Origin: a virus | Direction: 5' to 3' (one strand) | Length of the DNA stretch: 64,000 bases | Virus record (IMG/VR): IMGVR_UViG_3300028394_000038 | In this document: piece after piece, positions 20,257 to 29,384 of the stretch | How the letters are laid out: each line of letters begins with the position of its first letter | Position numbering within the stretch: position 1 is the first letter of the stretch | Position numbers and translations under genes: made by a program | The notes under the pieces: generated by a model | What the model was told of the DNA's origin: nothing | What the model saw: the letters and a program-made list of their open reading frames with translations, nothing else | The model's database searches: none

Positions 20257-20787
20257 ATGAGCGAAGAAGTTAAAAGCACAAGCGAATCAAAAAAAGAAGA
20301 TTGGATGAATTCAAAATGGCGTCCAATGATGGGTTGGATGTACATGTTAGTATGTACTATGGACATGATTGTATTCCCAATTCTGTGGAGTTTATTGCAG
20401 ACATTTACCCATACACAAATTACACAATGGAATCCATTGACCTTACAGGGTGCTGGACTATTCCATATCGCAATGGGTGCAGTATTAGGCATTGCGGCAT
20501 TTGGTCGTACACAAGAAAAATTAAACGGAGCAAACAATGGCGGAGCACAACTACCATCAAGCGGGTCTACAACACCTAGCGCACCTGCGTCAGGATTTGG
20601 TGCCCAGACAGGGGGCTTCGGTTCTCCAGCACCAACAAGTAGCTTTAGCGGAAGCGGGTTTGGAAGCACACCTCCAGCTCCAGCAACATCAAGTTTTACA
20701 CCCCCAGCAAGTTGGAGTACAACACCAGTAGCAACAACGGCCGGCGGCAAAAAGATTGTGCCTGACGAGCCACAACCAGCAATTTAA
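20257..20787 (+). CDS. Holin-like protein (GTA 3TM-holin-like) with low-complexity tail
   Basis: WRPMMGWMY...GAVLGIAAFGRTQEK. Confidence 0.6.
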   Translation: MSEEVKSTSESKKEDWMNSKWRPMMGWMYMLVCTMDMIVFPILWSLLQTFTHTQITQWNPLTLQGAGLFHIAMGAVLGIAAFGRTQEKLNGANNGGAQLPSSGSTTPSAPASGFGAQTGGFGSPAPTSSFSGSGFGSTPPAPATSSFTPPASWSTTPVATTAGGKKIVPDEPQPAI

Positions 20788-20798
20788 AGGAGCAGGAT

Positions 20799-20921
20799 AT
20801 GTTAGATACATTATTTTGGGTAGCACTAGGAGCATTTGTAGGATGGAATTTTCCACAGCCGTTTTGGGCAAAGATTATTCAAGAAAAAGTTCAAGCTATG
20901 TTAGCTAAGAAAGGAGTATAA
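20799..20921 (+). CDS. Small membrane protein (40 aa, not in the ORF track)
   Basis: AGGAG SD; MLDTLFWVALGAFVGWNFPQPFWAK... Confidence 0.6.
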   Translation: MLDTLFWVALGAFVGWNFPQPFWAKIIQEKVQAMLAKKGV

Positions 20922-20922
20922 A

Positions 20923-21150
20923 ATGAAAAAGTTTTTAATTGCATTAAACATTGTAATATGGTCTTTTGTAGGATATCAAGCTACTGCATACGCAGAAGCA
21001 GTGGTTAAAGAAGTTTGTACACCAAAAGTGGACAAAGCTGGCAAGCCAGTGAATGATAAGAAAACTGGTAAACAAGCTCAAGATTGTAAAAAAATCAAAA
21101 CTCATAAAAAAGTAGAAGGTGAAGCTGTTCCAGACGGCAAGAAGAAATAA
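20923..21150 (+). CDS. Small exported Lys-rich protein
   Basis: Signal-peptide-like N-terminus ending AYA; two Cys; AGGAG SD. Confidence 0.6.
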   Translation: MKKFLIALNIVIWSFVGYQATAYAEAVVKEVCTPKVDKAGKPVNDKKTGKQAQDCKKIKTHKKVEGEAVPDGKKK

Positions 21151-21155
21151 AAGTC

Positions 21156-21184
21156 TTGACATAAGTAAAAAGGTATAGTATAAT
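21156..21184 (+). promoter_or_regulatory. sigma70 consensus promoter TTGACA-N17-TATAAT
   Basis: Perfect consensus. Confidence 0.75.
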
Positions 21185-21202
21185 GTTTACTATACCTTTT
21201 TT
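21167..21202 (+). terminator. 14-bp inverted repeat / terminator overlapping the -10 box
   Basis: AAAAAGGTATAGTA-taatgtt-TACTATACCTTTTT. Confidence 0.65.
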
Positions 21203-21219
21203 CACCAATAAAATAAAAT

Positions 21220-22050
21220 ATGGACTATTATAATGTATTAGGTGTTCCTAGAGGTGCTAGCCCCGAGGACATTAAAAAAGCCTATAGAAAACTAGCCGCT
21301 GTACATCATCCAGATAGGGGTGGTGATACACAACAGTTTCAACAACTGCAAGAAGCATACGCAACACTCAGTGACGATCAAAAACGTGCCGAGTACGATA
21401 ACCCGCAACCACAATTTGGCGGGCCAGGTGGATTCCACTTTAATACCGGAAATATGAATGATATTTTTGGTAATATGTTTGGCGGACCGTTTGGCGGATT
21501 TCAGCAACGTGGAATGATGCGTAAAAATAAAAGTATCAATATCACTGTACAGATGACTCTTAAAGATATTCTGCATGGTAAAGATGTTATTGGTAGTATT
21601 CGATTACCTTCCGGTAGAGAACAAGCACTGCAACTTAAAATCCCTAGAGGGGTTGCAATGGGCGACAGTATTCGATTCCACGAGATGGGAGACGATACTC
21701 ATCCGCAACTGCAACGTGGAGACCTAATTGCTGTTATTCAAGAAATACCGCATCCACAGTTTGAACGTAGGTGTGCAGACCTGTACACCACTGCACCGAT
21801 ATCTGTGTTTGATACAATGCTTGGAACATCAATTAAGATTCAAACTGTAGAAGATTCAACATTGGATATCACCATACCGGCAGGTATCAATCCAGGTACT
21901 ACTATGTCATGTAATCAATACGGATTGCCACTTGGTATGCATGAACACCGACGCGGTAATTTGTATGTTAAAATTGATGTTGTTGTTCCAAAGTCAATAG
22001 ACTACGAAGATGCTGAAATATTAAGACATTTAAAATCCAAGTACGGTTGA
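21220..22050 (+). CDS. dnaJ: DnaJ-class co-chaperone (type II / CbpA-like, no Zn finger)
   Basis: J-domain with HPD, G/F-rich linker, C-terminal substrate domain. Confidence 0.88.
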   Translation: MDYYNVLGVPRGASPEDIKKAYRKLAAVHHPDRGGDTQQFQQLQEAYATLSDDQKRAEYDNPQPQFGGPGGFHFNTGNMNDIFGNMFGGPFGGFQQRGMMRKNKSINITVQMTLKDILHGKDVIGSIRLPSGREQALQLKIPRGVAMGDSIRFHEMGDDTHPQLQRGDLIAVIQEIPHPQFERRCADLYTTAPISVFDTMLGTSIKIQTVEDSTLDITIPAGINPGTTMSCNQYGLPLGMHEHRRGNLYVKIDVVVPKSIDYEDAEILRHLKSKYG

Positions 22051-22074
22051 CAATAATCTTAATTCGTGTATAAT
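22047..22074 (+). promoter_or_regulatory. sigma70-like promoter TTGACA-N16-TATAAT
   Basis: Consensus hexamers upstream of clpA. Confidence 0.6.
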
Positions 22075-22101
22075 TAACTCATCATAACCCAAGGAAACGT
22101 A

Positions 22102-24354
22102 ATGGTAGAACCAAGTGATCAATTACAACAAGTATTTGAAAAAGCAGTTGAAGACTGTAAAAAACTCTCGCACGAGTATGTAACGCTAGAACATTTAGTG
22201 TATGCTATGCTTTGCGAAGAAAAATTCTTTGAGCTATTAACAAATTTTGGTTCTGATACAACATATATCAAAACCAACCTAGAGCATTATTTGAAAACTA
22301 ATCTTGACGAGATTAAAATTGAAAATGCTCCAAGGGGATTTAAACCTAAAAAGACGCAGACAGTCGAGCGTGTGCTAAATCGTGCGTTTACACAGGTGTT
22401 GTTTAGCGGACGTCAAAGTATTGAACTTGTTGATGTGTTTTTAAGTATCCTTAGTGAAAAACGTAGCTACGCTGTTTATTATATTAATAAGGGCGGTATT
22501 GAGCGTGATAAATTTGCCGATTTTGTTAATAACGAACTCAACGAAGAAGAAGAAGATACTGTAGTAGATGCACAAAGCGAAAAAGCATTAAGAGCATTTA
22601 CCACTAACCTTAATGATCAAGTTAAGAAAGCAAAAGTTGATCCTGTAATTGGTCGAGTGGAAGAGCTTGAGCAAATTGCATTAGGACTAGGTCGTCGTAC
22701 TAAAAACAATGTATTATTAGTCGGAGACCCGGGCGTTGGTAAGACTGCTATCGCAGAGGGCCTTGCATTTAATATTATTCACGGTGCTGTTCCAGAATTC
22801 TTAAAAGAATACACCGTATTCAATTTAGATATTAGTGCTATGCTTGCCGGCAGTAAGTATCGTGGAGACTTTGAAGAACGTTTCAAACTAGTGCTTAAAG
22901 CTCTTGCCGGCAAAGGTAAGACTATTTTATTCATTGATGAAGCGCACATGATTAGTGGCGCAGGTGCCGGTGGTAGCAATAGTAGTAATGATCTTGCTAA
23001 CATGATGAAGCCAGCATTGAGTAAAGGCACTATCAAAGTTGTAGCTAGTACCACATGGGAAGAATATCGCAAGCACTTTGAAAAAGATCGCGCATTGATG
23101 CGTCGATTCCAACGTATCACCGTTGACGAGCCTACTCCAGAAGTGGCCATTGATATTCTTAAAGGTATTAAGAAGTATTACGAAAAGCACCACAATGCTA
23201 CTATTAGCGATGCGGCTGTTGAGTCAGCAGTTAAGTTAAGCGTTAAGTATCTGACTGATCGTAAGCTACCAGACAAGGCTATTGACTTGATCGATGTTGC
23301 ATGTTCACGCTTTAACATCAAACAAGTTGATAACAGAAGTGTTGATGTAGCTGAGATTCAATTTGAGCTTGCTAAGATGGCTAACTTACCTGAAGAAACT
23401 GTCAAAGAAAAAGAAAGTGAAAATCTTGTTCACCTTGAAAAGAATCTTAAAGGTGAAATTTACGGACAAGACGAAGCTATTACAGAAGTTGTTGACAAGA
23501 TTCTTGTTGCACAGGCTGGCTTGAAAGCAGAAAATAAACCTATTGGTAGTTTTGTGTTCATGGGCCCAACTGGTGTTGGTAAAACTGAAGCGGCCAAACA
23601 ATTGGCTAGACAATTGGGTATTCCAATGATCCGTTTTGATATGAGTGAATATCAAGAAAAACATTCTGTAAGCAAGTTAATTGGAAGCCCTCCAGGTTAT
23701 GTTGGCTTTGAAGAAAACGCAGGTCTACTGATTACTAAACTGCAAGAACAACCACATTGTGTATTATTGCTAGACGAGATTGAAAAGTCACACCCAGATG
23801 TGTCAACTATCTTATTACAGTTAATGGACAATGGTAAAGTTACAGGATCTAATGGTAAAGAAGCAGACTGCCGAAATGTAGTGCTTATTATGACCACTAA
23901 CTTAGGTGCCGCTGACGCAGATCGTAATGTTATTGGTTTTGGTAGTCAAGAAAACGACTACGAAGATAAAGAACTTAAGAAGTTCTTTGCTCCAGAGTTC
24001 CGTAATCGTTTAGATGGTATCATTACATTCAGCAAACTAAGCAAAGAAACAATGATTAAAATTGTTGGCAAGTTCCTAGTAGAACTCAAAGCTCAAGTTA
24101 ATGATAAAGGCATTAAAGTTACTATTAGCAACGAAGCTATCGACTACTTGGTAGAAAAAGGTTTTGACAGCAAGATGGGTGCTAGGCCATTACAGCGTGT
24201 TATTGACAAAGATGTTAAACGTCCGCTGTCACGCGAAATGTTATTTGGTGGATTAAAAGACGGCGGCACAGTTGAGATTGATGTTAATGACTCTGGTATT
24301 ATATTGAAAGTTAAAGAGAATGTATCAGAAGAAAACTACCAAACTATTCTTTAA
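22102..24354 (+). CDS. clpA: ATP-dependent Clp protease ATPase subunit ClpA
   Basis: Clp N domain, two AAA+ modules (GDPGVGKT, GPTGVGKT), IGF ClpP-docking loop, no ClpB middle domain. Confidence 0.92.
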   Translation: MVEPSDQLQQVFEKAVEDCKKLSHEYVTLEHLVYAMLCEEKFFELLTNFGSDTTYIKTNLEHYLKTNLDEIKIENAPRGFKPKKTQTVERVLNRAFTQVLFSGRQSIELVDVFLSILSEKRSYAVYYINKGGIERDKFADFVNNELNEEEEDTVVDAQSEKALRAFTTNLNDQVKKAKVDPVIGRVEELEQIALGLGRRTKNNVLLVGDPGVGKTAIAEGLAFNIIHGAVPEFLKEYTVFNLDISAMLAGSKYRGDFEERFKLVLKALAGKGKTILFIDEAHMISGAGAGGSNSSNDLANMMKPALSKGTIKVVASTTWEEYRKHFEKDRALMRRFQRITVDEPTPEVAIDILKGIKKYYEKHHNATISDAAVESAVKLSVKYLTDRKLPDKAIDLIDVACSRFNIKQVDNRSVDVAEIQFELAKMANLPEETVKEKESENLVHLEKNLKGEIYGQDEAITEVVDKILVAQAGLKAENKPIGSFVFMGPTGVGKTEAAKQLARQLGIPMIRFDMSEYQEKHSVSKLIGSPPGYVGFEENAGLLITKLQEQPHCVLLLDEIEKSHPDVSTILLQLMDNGKVTGSNGKEADCRNVVLIMTTNLGAADADRNVIGFGSQENDYEDKELKKFFAPEFRNRLDGIITFSKLSKETMIKIVGKFLVELKAQVNDKGIKVTISNEAIDYLVEKGFDSKMGARPLQRVIDKDVKRPLSREMLFGGLKDGGTVEIDVNDSGIILKVKENVSEENYQTIL

Positions 24355-24973
24355 CAGGTTTGTTTATAAGGTAGCAGTTCGTACTCCGTTGTCTACGCTG
24401 TTTAGAGGTAAAAATCTTCCAAACACTAGACAACAGATCGAAGTTCTAGCTGATCGATTTAGCAATAATCGAGTATCATCGACTAATATAACCAACGGGT
24501 GGCGAAGCAGACAACAAGCAACATCAACAGATGTGTTTGTTGGTCTATTGCTATTAGATCAATTAGAGTCGCTGAGTGATTTTACACTTAGGGTTGAAAA
24601 TAGTACATTAGGTTTGTACTCTAATGATTTAGATTTTATCTCAAAAATTACTAATATTGTTAATATTGATGTAGAAGAAATTGCCGTTCCTGAAACTGAC
24701 GAAGTTCGTGACTTCTTATTGTCAAATCCCAAAGCTATTATTCGTGGAGAGTACACTCATAAGTATAAAGTAACTATTACTGGCTTATGGGATTCTGCTG
24801 ATAATTTTAAAGAATGGGCCGTTAAACTGCCTAAGATTAAGACTACTAACAACAAATACAAGTACGGTGGGCACTTTTACGTAGCAGATGAAAAGACTTT
24901 AAGCCTTTGTCACATCTTTTTAGCTGATAAAATACGTAAAGTAGAGCAGTTAGTCACTACAACGGAAATTTAA
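24320..24973 (+). CDS. Hypothetical protein
   Basis: 217-aa ORF in operon context. Confidence 0.6.
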   Translation: MYQKKTTKLFFNRFVYKVAVRTPLSTLFRGKNLPNTRQQIEVLADRFSNNRVSSTNITNGWRSRQQATSTDVFVGLLLLDQLESLSDFTLRVENSTLGLYSNDLDFISKITNIVNIDVEEIAVPETDEVRDFLLSNPKAIIRGEYTHKYKVTITGLWDSADNFKEWAVKLPKIKTTNNKYKYGGHFYVADEKTLSLCHIFLADKIRKVEQLVTTTEI

Positions 24974-24990
24974 CCTAACTTCAAAATAGC

Positions 24991-24997
24991 ATAAATA
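24991..24997 (+). promoter_or_regulatory. T4-late-like ATAAATA heading the putative internal-protein cluster
   Basis: Intergenic motif. Confidence 0.6.
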
Positions 24998-25020
24998 CTC
25001 TATAATAAGGTATCTGTGCT

Positions 25021-25365
25021 ATGAGAATGGATGAAGTTGTAAACTCAGTATTAAATCTAGAAGAAATGGATCTGCCTGACGATCTACATTTCTTCATGCA
25101 TAACGATCACAATTTCTATCGTAAAGTGTTCTTTCCTATGATTAGCAAGGTTAAAGCACACATTAAAGCAGGTAATCGTTGTCACGATGGTGTTTTTCGT
25201 CCTGTAGTTGATCATGCCGCAGAAGCATACTGCAAAAAATTTAATATTCCCGATAACCATAAGTCAGTGTTTACTAACATTGACCGTGACGAACTAGCCC
25301 GTAAGATTTTTGGTCAAGAAAAGGATCGCATTGAGCAGGGCGACTATGATGGAGACGACCAATGA
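25021..25365 (+). CDS. Hypothetical protein, putative head-internal protein
   Basis: MRMDEV... N-terminus; first gene after the late motif. Confidence 0.6.
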   Translation: MRMDEVVNSVLNLEEMDLPDDLHFFMHNDHNFYRKVFFPMISKVKAHIKAGNRCHDGVFRPVVDHAAEAYCKKFNIPDNHKSVFTNIDRDELARKIFGQEKDRIEQGDYDGDDQ

Positions 25366-26123
25366 TTTTATTAGAAGGCGGAAATGTATTTGCTAATGCA
25401 ACTCCATTTGATCACAAAGATGTTCCTGCAATACTCAAAACAATTAACGGAGCACTAGCTGGCACAGGTATTACTGCTATCCCCGTTGGCTCTGCCGCAA
25501 CTCCTAAACCAGGTAAGACTAGTGGCGATATGGATGTTATTGTTGACGAACAGGCTGTATTAAACTACTTTAAAGTCAAAGATGCTAAAGCAGGTCGTAA
25601 AGCACTTAACGATTATATCAGCAGTAAAGGTTTAGAAACAGCACAAAGCGGTATTAACGTTCACGTAAATGTTCCAGTTGGCGGAGAATTTCATCAAGTA
25701 GATGTTATGGTATCAGCTAATGCTGAGAAAGTATCTAAGTTTCACACACATACTATTCCCGATAACAGTCCGTACAAGGGTGTCAACAAACAACTAATGA
25801 TGGCTATCCTTGCCAAACAGAAAAACTACATGTGGTCAGCATGGCAGGGATTGTTTAGTCGTACACCAGAAGGTAAGAAGGGCGACCTAGTTGCTGACAA
25901 CTTAGATGATGTAGCTAAACACCTATTTGGACCTAACGGTAGTGCTAAAGATTTAGGTAGCGTAGAAAGTATTCTTGCCGCATTACCAAAACAAGAAGCA
26001 GATGCATTACTAGCAAAAGCCAAAGAAGATGCCAACTGGAAAGAAGTACCAGTCCGTCAAGAAAGTTATCGTATTGGAACTAATGAATGGTTTCGCCACA
26101 TGTTGGATAAGGTACAGTTATGA
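25362..26123 (+). CDS. Pol-beta-superfamily nucleotidyltransferase-like protein
   Basis: VGS...SGDMDV and downstream QVDVM (GS, DxD, third Asp); starts MILLE. Confidence 0.65.
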   Translation: MILLEGGNVFANATPFDHKDVPAILKTINGALAGTGITAIPVGSAATPKPGKTSGDMDVIVDEQAVLNYFKVKDAKAGRKALNDYISSKGLETAQSGINVHVNVPVGGEFHQVDVMVSANAEKVSKFHTHTIPDNSPYKGVNKQLMMAILAKQKNYMWSAWQGLFSRTPEGKKGDLVADNLDDVAKHLFGPNGSAKDLGSVESILAALPKQEADALLAKAKEDANWKEVPVRQESYRIGTNEWFRHMLDKVQL

Positions 26124-27262
26124 GATTAAGACAACTGTTTAAAGAAGCAGAAGCACCTAAACAGTTAGGTCGAGCATTTAACCACCTAGAAGATCTAGTT
26201 TTCTTTCACGGTACTAAAGGCACACTTGAAGCACTAAGTCATATCAAAGATTTTGCTAGTCAAGAAGGAGCTAATAGTATTCGTATGAAGTGGGACGGTA
26301 ATCCACAAATATATTGGGGCCGTGCTGAGGCTAACGGTCCTTTAATACTTGCAGGACATAATGGTTGGAGCAAAGGTGCTGTAACAGATAGTCCAGAAGC
26401 AGTACAAGATTTTATTGCCAATAAGTCGGGAAGTCCAAAAACTCCCGAAGAGAAAGAAGCAAGAGATAAATTTGCCAGCGAGTTCGCTAGTCTGTATCCC
26501 CTGTTTGACAAAGCTACTCCACGAGACTTCGTGGGCTTTGTATATGCAGATGGTTTGTTCTTACAACAACCTCCAGCAGATAAAGAAGGCATATATAACT
26601 TTTGTCCCAATAATAAAAGTCAAACATGTTATCATGTGAGATCCAATAGCGGATTAGGTAAGCGTATTGCTAATGCACAAGTAATGGTAGTGGGACATGC
26701 GTTTTTTCCAGAGTTTGGTATGCCAGATGCTAGTCAAAAGCCTATCAGTGACTTCAGTCAGTTCAATAGTAATCCACAGTTAATTGTTCTTGGCCCAATA
26801 TACAACAGCAAGCCTGTTAAGATTGATACTACAGCAGTCGATGCCATTGAGCAGTTTGCACAGGCGCACGGTGGTCAAATGGATGGATTCCTACAAGGGC
26901 TTCCGGGACTAAGCGACCTAAAAAATATTATCTACACTTATGTAAATCAAACTGCCAAAGCAAAACAGTTAGACAGTCTAAGTCCAAAACATTTTACAGA
27001 TTGGTTAGCTGTATCAAAGACTAGTCCAGGCAAACAACAAAAGATTAATGATCTAGTTGCGGCAAACCCAACTGCACTAGCAACTATCTTTACACTGGTA
27101 AAAAGAATACAAGCAATGAAAGACGACATCATTGATCAAATCGAAGGCGAACAGGGTGAGATATGGGACACAAATGGCGAAGGTCGTGTTCGATATGCGG
27201 ATCAAAATAAACAGCTAGGTCACGTTAAACTTGTACCTCGCAAGCGTTGGACGCCGACCTAA
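26120..27262 (+). CDS. Ligase-like (KxDG) nucleotidyltransferase-fold protein
   Basis: HLED...MKWDG motif I-like, late GEGRV and VKLV motifs; starts MRLRQLFKE. Confidence 0.55.
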   Translation: MRLRQLFKEAEAPKQLGRAFNHLEDLVFFHGTKGTLEALSHIKDFASQEGANSIRMKWDGNPQIYWGRAEANGPLILAGHNGWSKGAVTDSPEAVQDFIANKSGSPKTPEEKEARDKFASEFASLYPLFDKATPRDFVGFVYADGLFLQQPPADKEGIYNFCPNNKSQTCYHVRSNSGLGKRIANAQVMVVGHAFFPEFGMPDASQKPISDFSQFNSNPQLIVLGPIYNSKPVKIDTTAVDAIEQFAQAHGGQMDGFLQGLPGLSDLKNIIYTYVNQTAKAKQLDSLSPKHFTDWLAVSKTSPGKQQKINDLVAANPTALATIFTLVKRIQAMKDDIIDQIEGEQGEIWDTNGEGRVRYADQNKQLGHVKLVPRKRWTPT

Positions 27263-27271
27263 GGACTTATT

Positions 27272-28303
27272 ATGAAACTAAGACAGATATTTGAAGGGCT
27301 AGGACAAGAAGTTGCCATTATATTTGGTCGCTTTAATCCTCCGCACAAGGGACATAGAGCCGCATGGGAACTTGCCGCTAAGAGTCCTGTTTGGTATGTA
27401 GGTACTAACGAAAGCACAGTAGGTCCAAAAGATCCATTGCCTTACGGCATTAAGGTAGAAGCAATGACTGCTATATGGCCAGAAGTTGAAGGACATATTA
27501 TTGCAGAAACATCATGGCTAACGCTAGCCAGTCTGGTCTATGAAAAACACGGTGATGTTACACTACTATGTCTAACTGATGAAGATTGGGTTACTAAAAC
27601 CATTGTACAGTATAATGGTAAAGAAGGCGCACACGGTTTCTATAATTTTAAAACTATTAAACAAAAACCAACACCACGTTTAAGTTCAGCTACAGCATTA
27701 CGTGATGCAGTTTCTAAAGGTGATCGTGAAGCGTTTGCCACTGCCGCTGGTGTAGATGCTGATACTCCTGTAGCTGGTAAACCGTTCTTTGATCTAGTAG
27801 CAGAATACCTGCTACCATACTCTAATGCACCTGTAAAGAAAGTAGCAAAGAAAAAAGTTGCGGCTCCTGTGGAAGGCGTAACAGAAGCCACCTTAGGAAC
27901 TGCATTAGAGTGGCCAGAAGTTGCAAACAAAGTTAACAGCGCAATGAGGGCTATGGGTTGGAAAGGTCAACGTAAAGGCGATGATGCGTTTATGTTCTCA
28001 ACTAAAGGTCAAGAAACTGACGATCAGTTTTATTTTGTTATCATAGAAAATGCAGGTAACAACATGTTTCATTATGCACTAGGTACAGTAGAAGACGGTG
28101 ATCCTCATATTGATGATGCTTATAAAGGTAATCTACCCAATACTGAAGCAAGTGTTAGTGAATTAATGAACGATATACGTGAAGGCTTTGGATTGCACGA
28201 AGATGCCGCAGGTGTAGGTATCATTACTAAACAGAATTCAACTGTGGATGTAAACAAAGGTACACCCCGTAAAAATCTCAAAGCATTTAGACTAGTAAAA
28301 TGA
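27272..28303 (+). CDS. HIGH-family cytidylyl/adenylyltransferase-like protein with C-terminal extra modules
   Basis: FGRFNPPHKGH, SATALR; starts MKLRQIFE. Confidence 0.75.
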   Translation: MKLRQIFEGLGQEVAIIFGRFNPPHKGHRAAWELAAKSPVWYVGTNESTVGPKDPLPYGIKVEAMTAIWPEVEGHIIAETSWLTLASLVYEKHGDVTLLCLTDEDWVTKTIVQYNGKEGAHGFYNFKTIKQKPTPRLSSATALRDAVSKGDREAFATAAGVDADTPVAGKPFFDLVAEYLLPYSNAPVKKVAKKKVAAPVEGVTEATLGTALEWPEVANKVNSAMRAMGWKGQRKGDDAFMFSTKGQETDDQFYFVIIENAGNNMFHYALGTVEDGDPHIDDAYKGNLPNTEASVSELMNDIREGFGLHEDAAGVGIITKQNSTVDVNKGTPRKNLKAFRLVK

Positions 28304-28587
28304 AACAATATAAGATAACAAGTCAAGATTTAAATCAGGATAGTCCTGATGATTGTTATCTTGCGCCCAATGATCCTGTACATGAACTAAAAATATTATC
28401 AGGTATGGGCGGACTAGGTGCAGAAGCTAGACTACACGAGTATCGTGCCAATCAAGGTAGTAACATAAGTGTTACTGGAGATAGCAAGGGCGAACTAATG
28501 AAGAAGCATAACATACAACCTGGAACTAAAGAATGGTTTAAGTTATGGTTTAGTCGTCCTTATCTTACCGGAGAACCTCCCGTATGA
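28300..28587 (+). CDS. Hypothetical protein
   Basis: C-terminal IQPGTKEWFKLWF resembles IGTNEWF at the end of the 25362 protein. Confidence 0.65.
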   Translation: MKQYKITSQDLNQDSPDDCYLAPNDPVHELKILSGMGGLGAEARLHEYRANQGSNISVTGDSKGELMKKHNIQPGTKEWFKLWFSRPYLTGEPPV

Positions 28588-28991
28588 CTTTACGTGAACT
28601 GTTTGAACATAAAAAAGGCATTCGTGCTAAAAAATATAACAAGAAACCTAAGAAGTTTATTGAACCAATCAAGCCAAAGAAAGCAGAAGCGCCCCATACA
28701 ACAGAAGACCTAGACGAAGGTTGGAAAACTAAAGTTGCAGGTGCCGCAATGGCAGCGGCAAATATGTTAGGAACACCGGCTCATGCTAACGATGTAGAAT
28801 ATAAACTTCCCGATATTGTTGCTCATATTACTATGACAGTAAATGGCAAGACGATTGAAAAAGAAATCAATCTAGGTACTGAATATCAAAGTCCGGCAGA
28901 AGCAGAAAAAGCTGTTGCTAAATGGTTAAAAGAAAAAGGTATTAAAAGTTATAGAATAGATTTACAACGTGCTAATACAAATAAAGATTAG
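28584..28991 (+). CDS. Putative head-internal protein
   Basis: MTLRELFE N-terminus, Lys-rich. Confidence 0.6.
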   Translation: MTLRELFEHKKGIRAKKYNKKPKKFIEPIKPKKAEAPHTTEDLDEGWKTKVAGAAMAAANMLGTPAHANDVEYKLPDIVAHITMTVNGKTIEKEINLGTEYQSPAEAEKAVAKWLKEKGIKSYRIDLQRANTNKD

Positions 28992-29025
28992 AAAAATATA
29001 TTAAATATTGCATGAGGAAAATATT

Positions 29026-29358
29026 ATGAAAATGCGCGAACTATTAGAAGCAAAAACTAAAAAAGCCGAAACACCCAAGCCACGTAACTTTGTAGCTAAA
29101 AATGCTATCAATACTGGCGCTGGCGCACATAAAGACAAAAAGAAAGCCGCAAAGCAAGGTGATGCTAAACACAAGAATAAAGACTATGAAATGGCTGAAT
29201 CTGCTAGTGCAGGTGCTACTAGTGCGGCTAACGTAGGAGTTGGGCCAGTATACCCTAACAAAACAGGTAAAACTAATAAGAATAAAGACGGTACAACAAA
29301 AAATGCATTAGATGTTAAGGGTACTAACTTACTTACTGGTGGCAGCTTAAAACGATAA
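29026..29358 (+). CDS. Putative head-internal protein, Lys-rich (start revised to ATG 29026)
   Basis: MKMRELLE; GAGG SD; TAAATA at 29002-29007. Confidence 0.65.
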   Translation: MKMRELLEAKTKKAETPKPRNFVAKNAINTGAGAHKDKKKAAKQGDAKHKNKDYEMAESASAGATSAANVGVGPVYPNKTGKTNKNKDGTTKNALDVKGTNLLTGGSLKR

Positions 29359-29361
29359 ATA
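29355..29361 (+). promoter_or_regulatory. T4-late-like ATAAATA
   Basis: Motif before 29385. Confidence 0.6.
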
Positions 29362-29384
29362 CATAAAGACAACGGAGTTACCTC

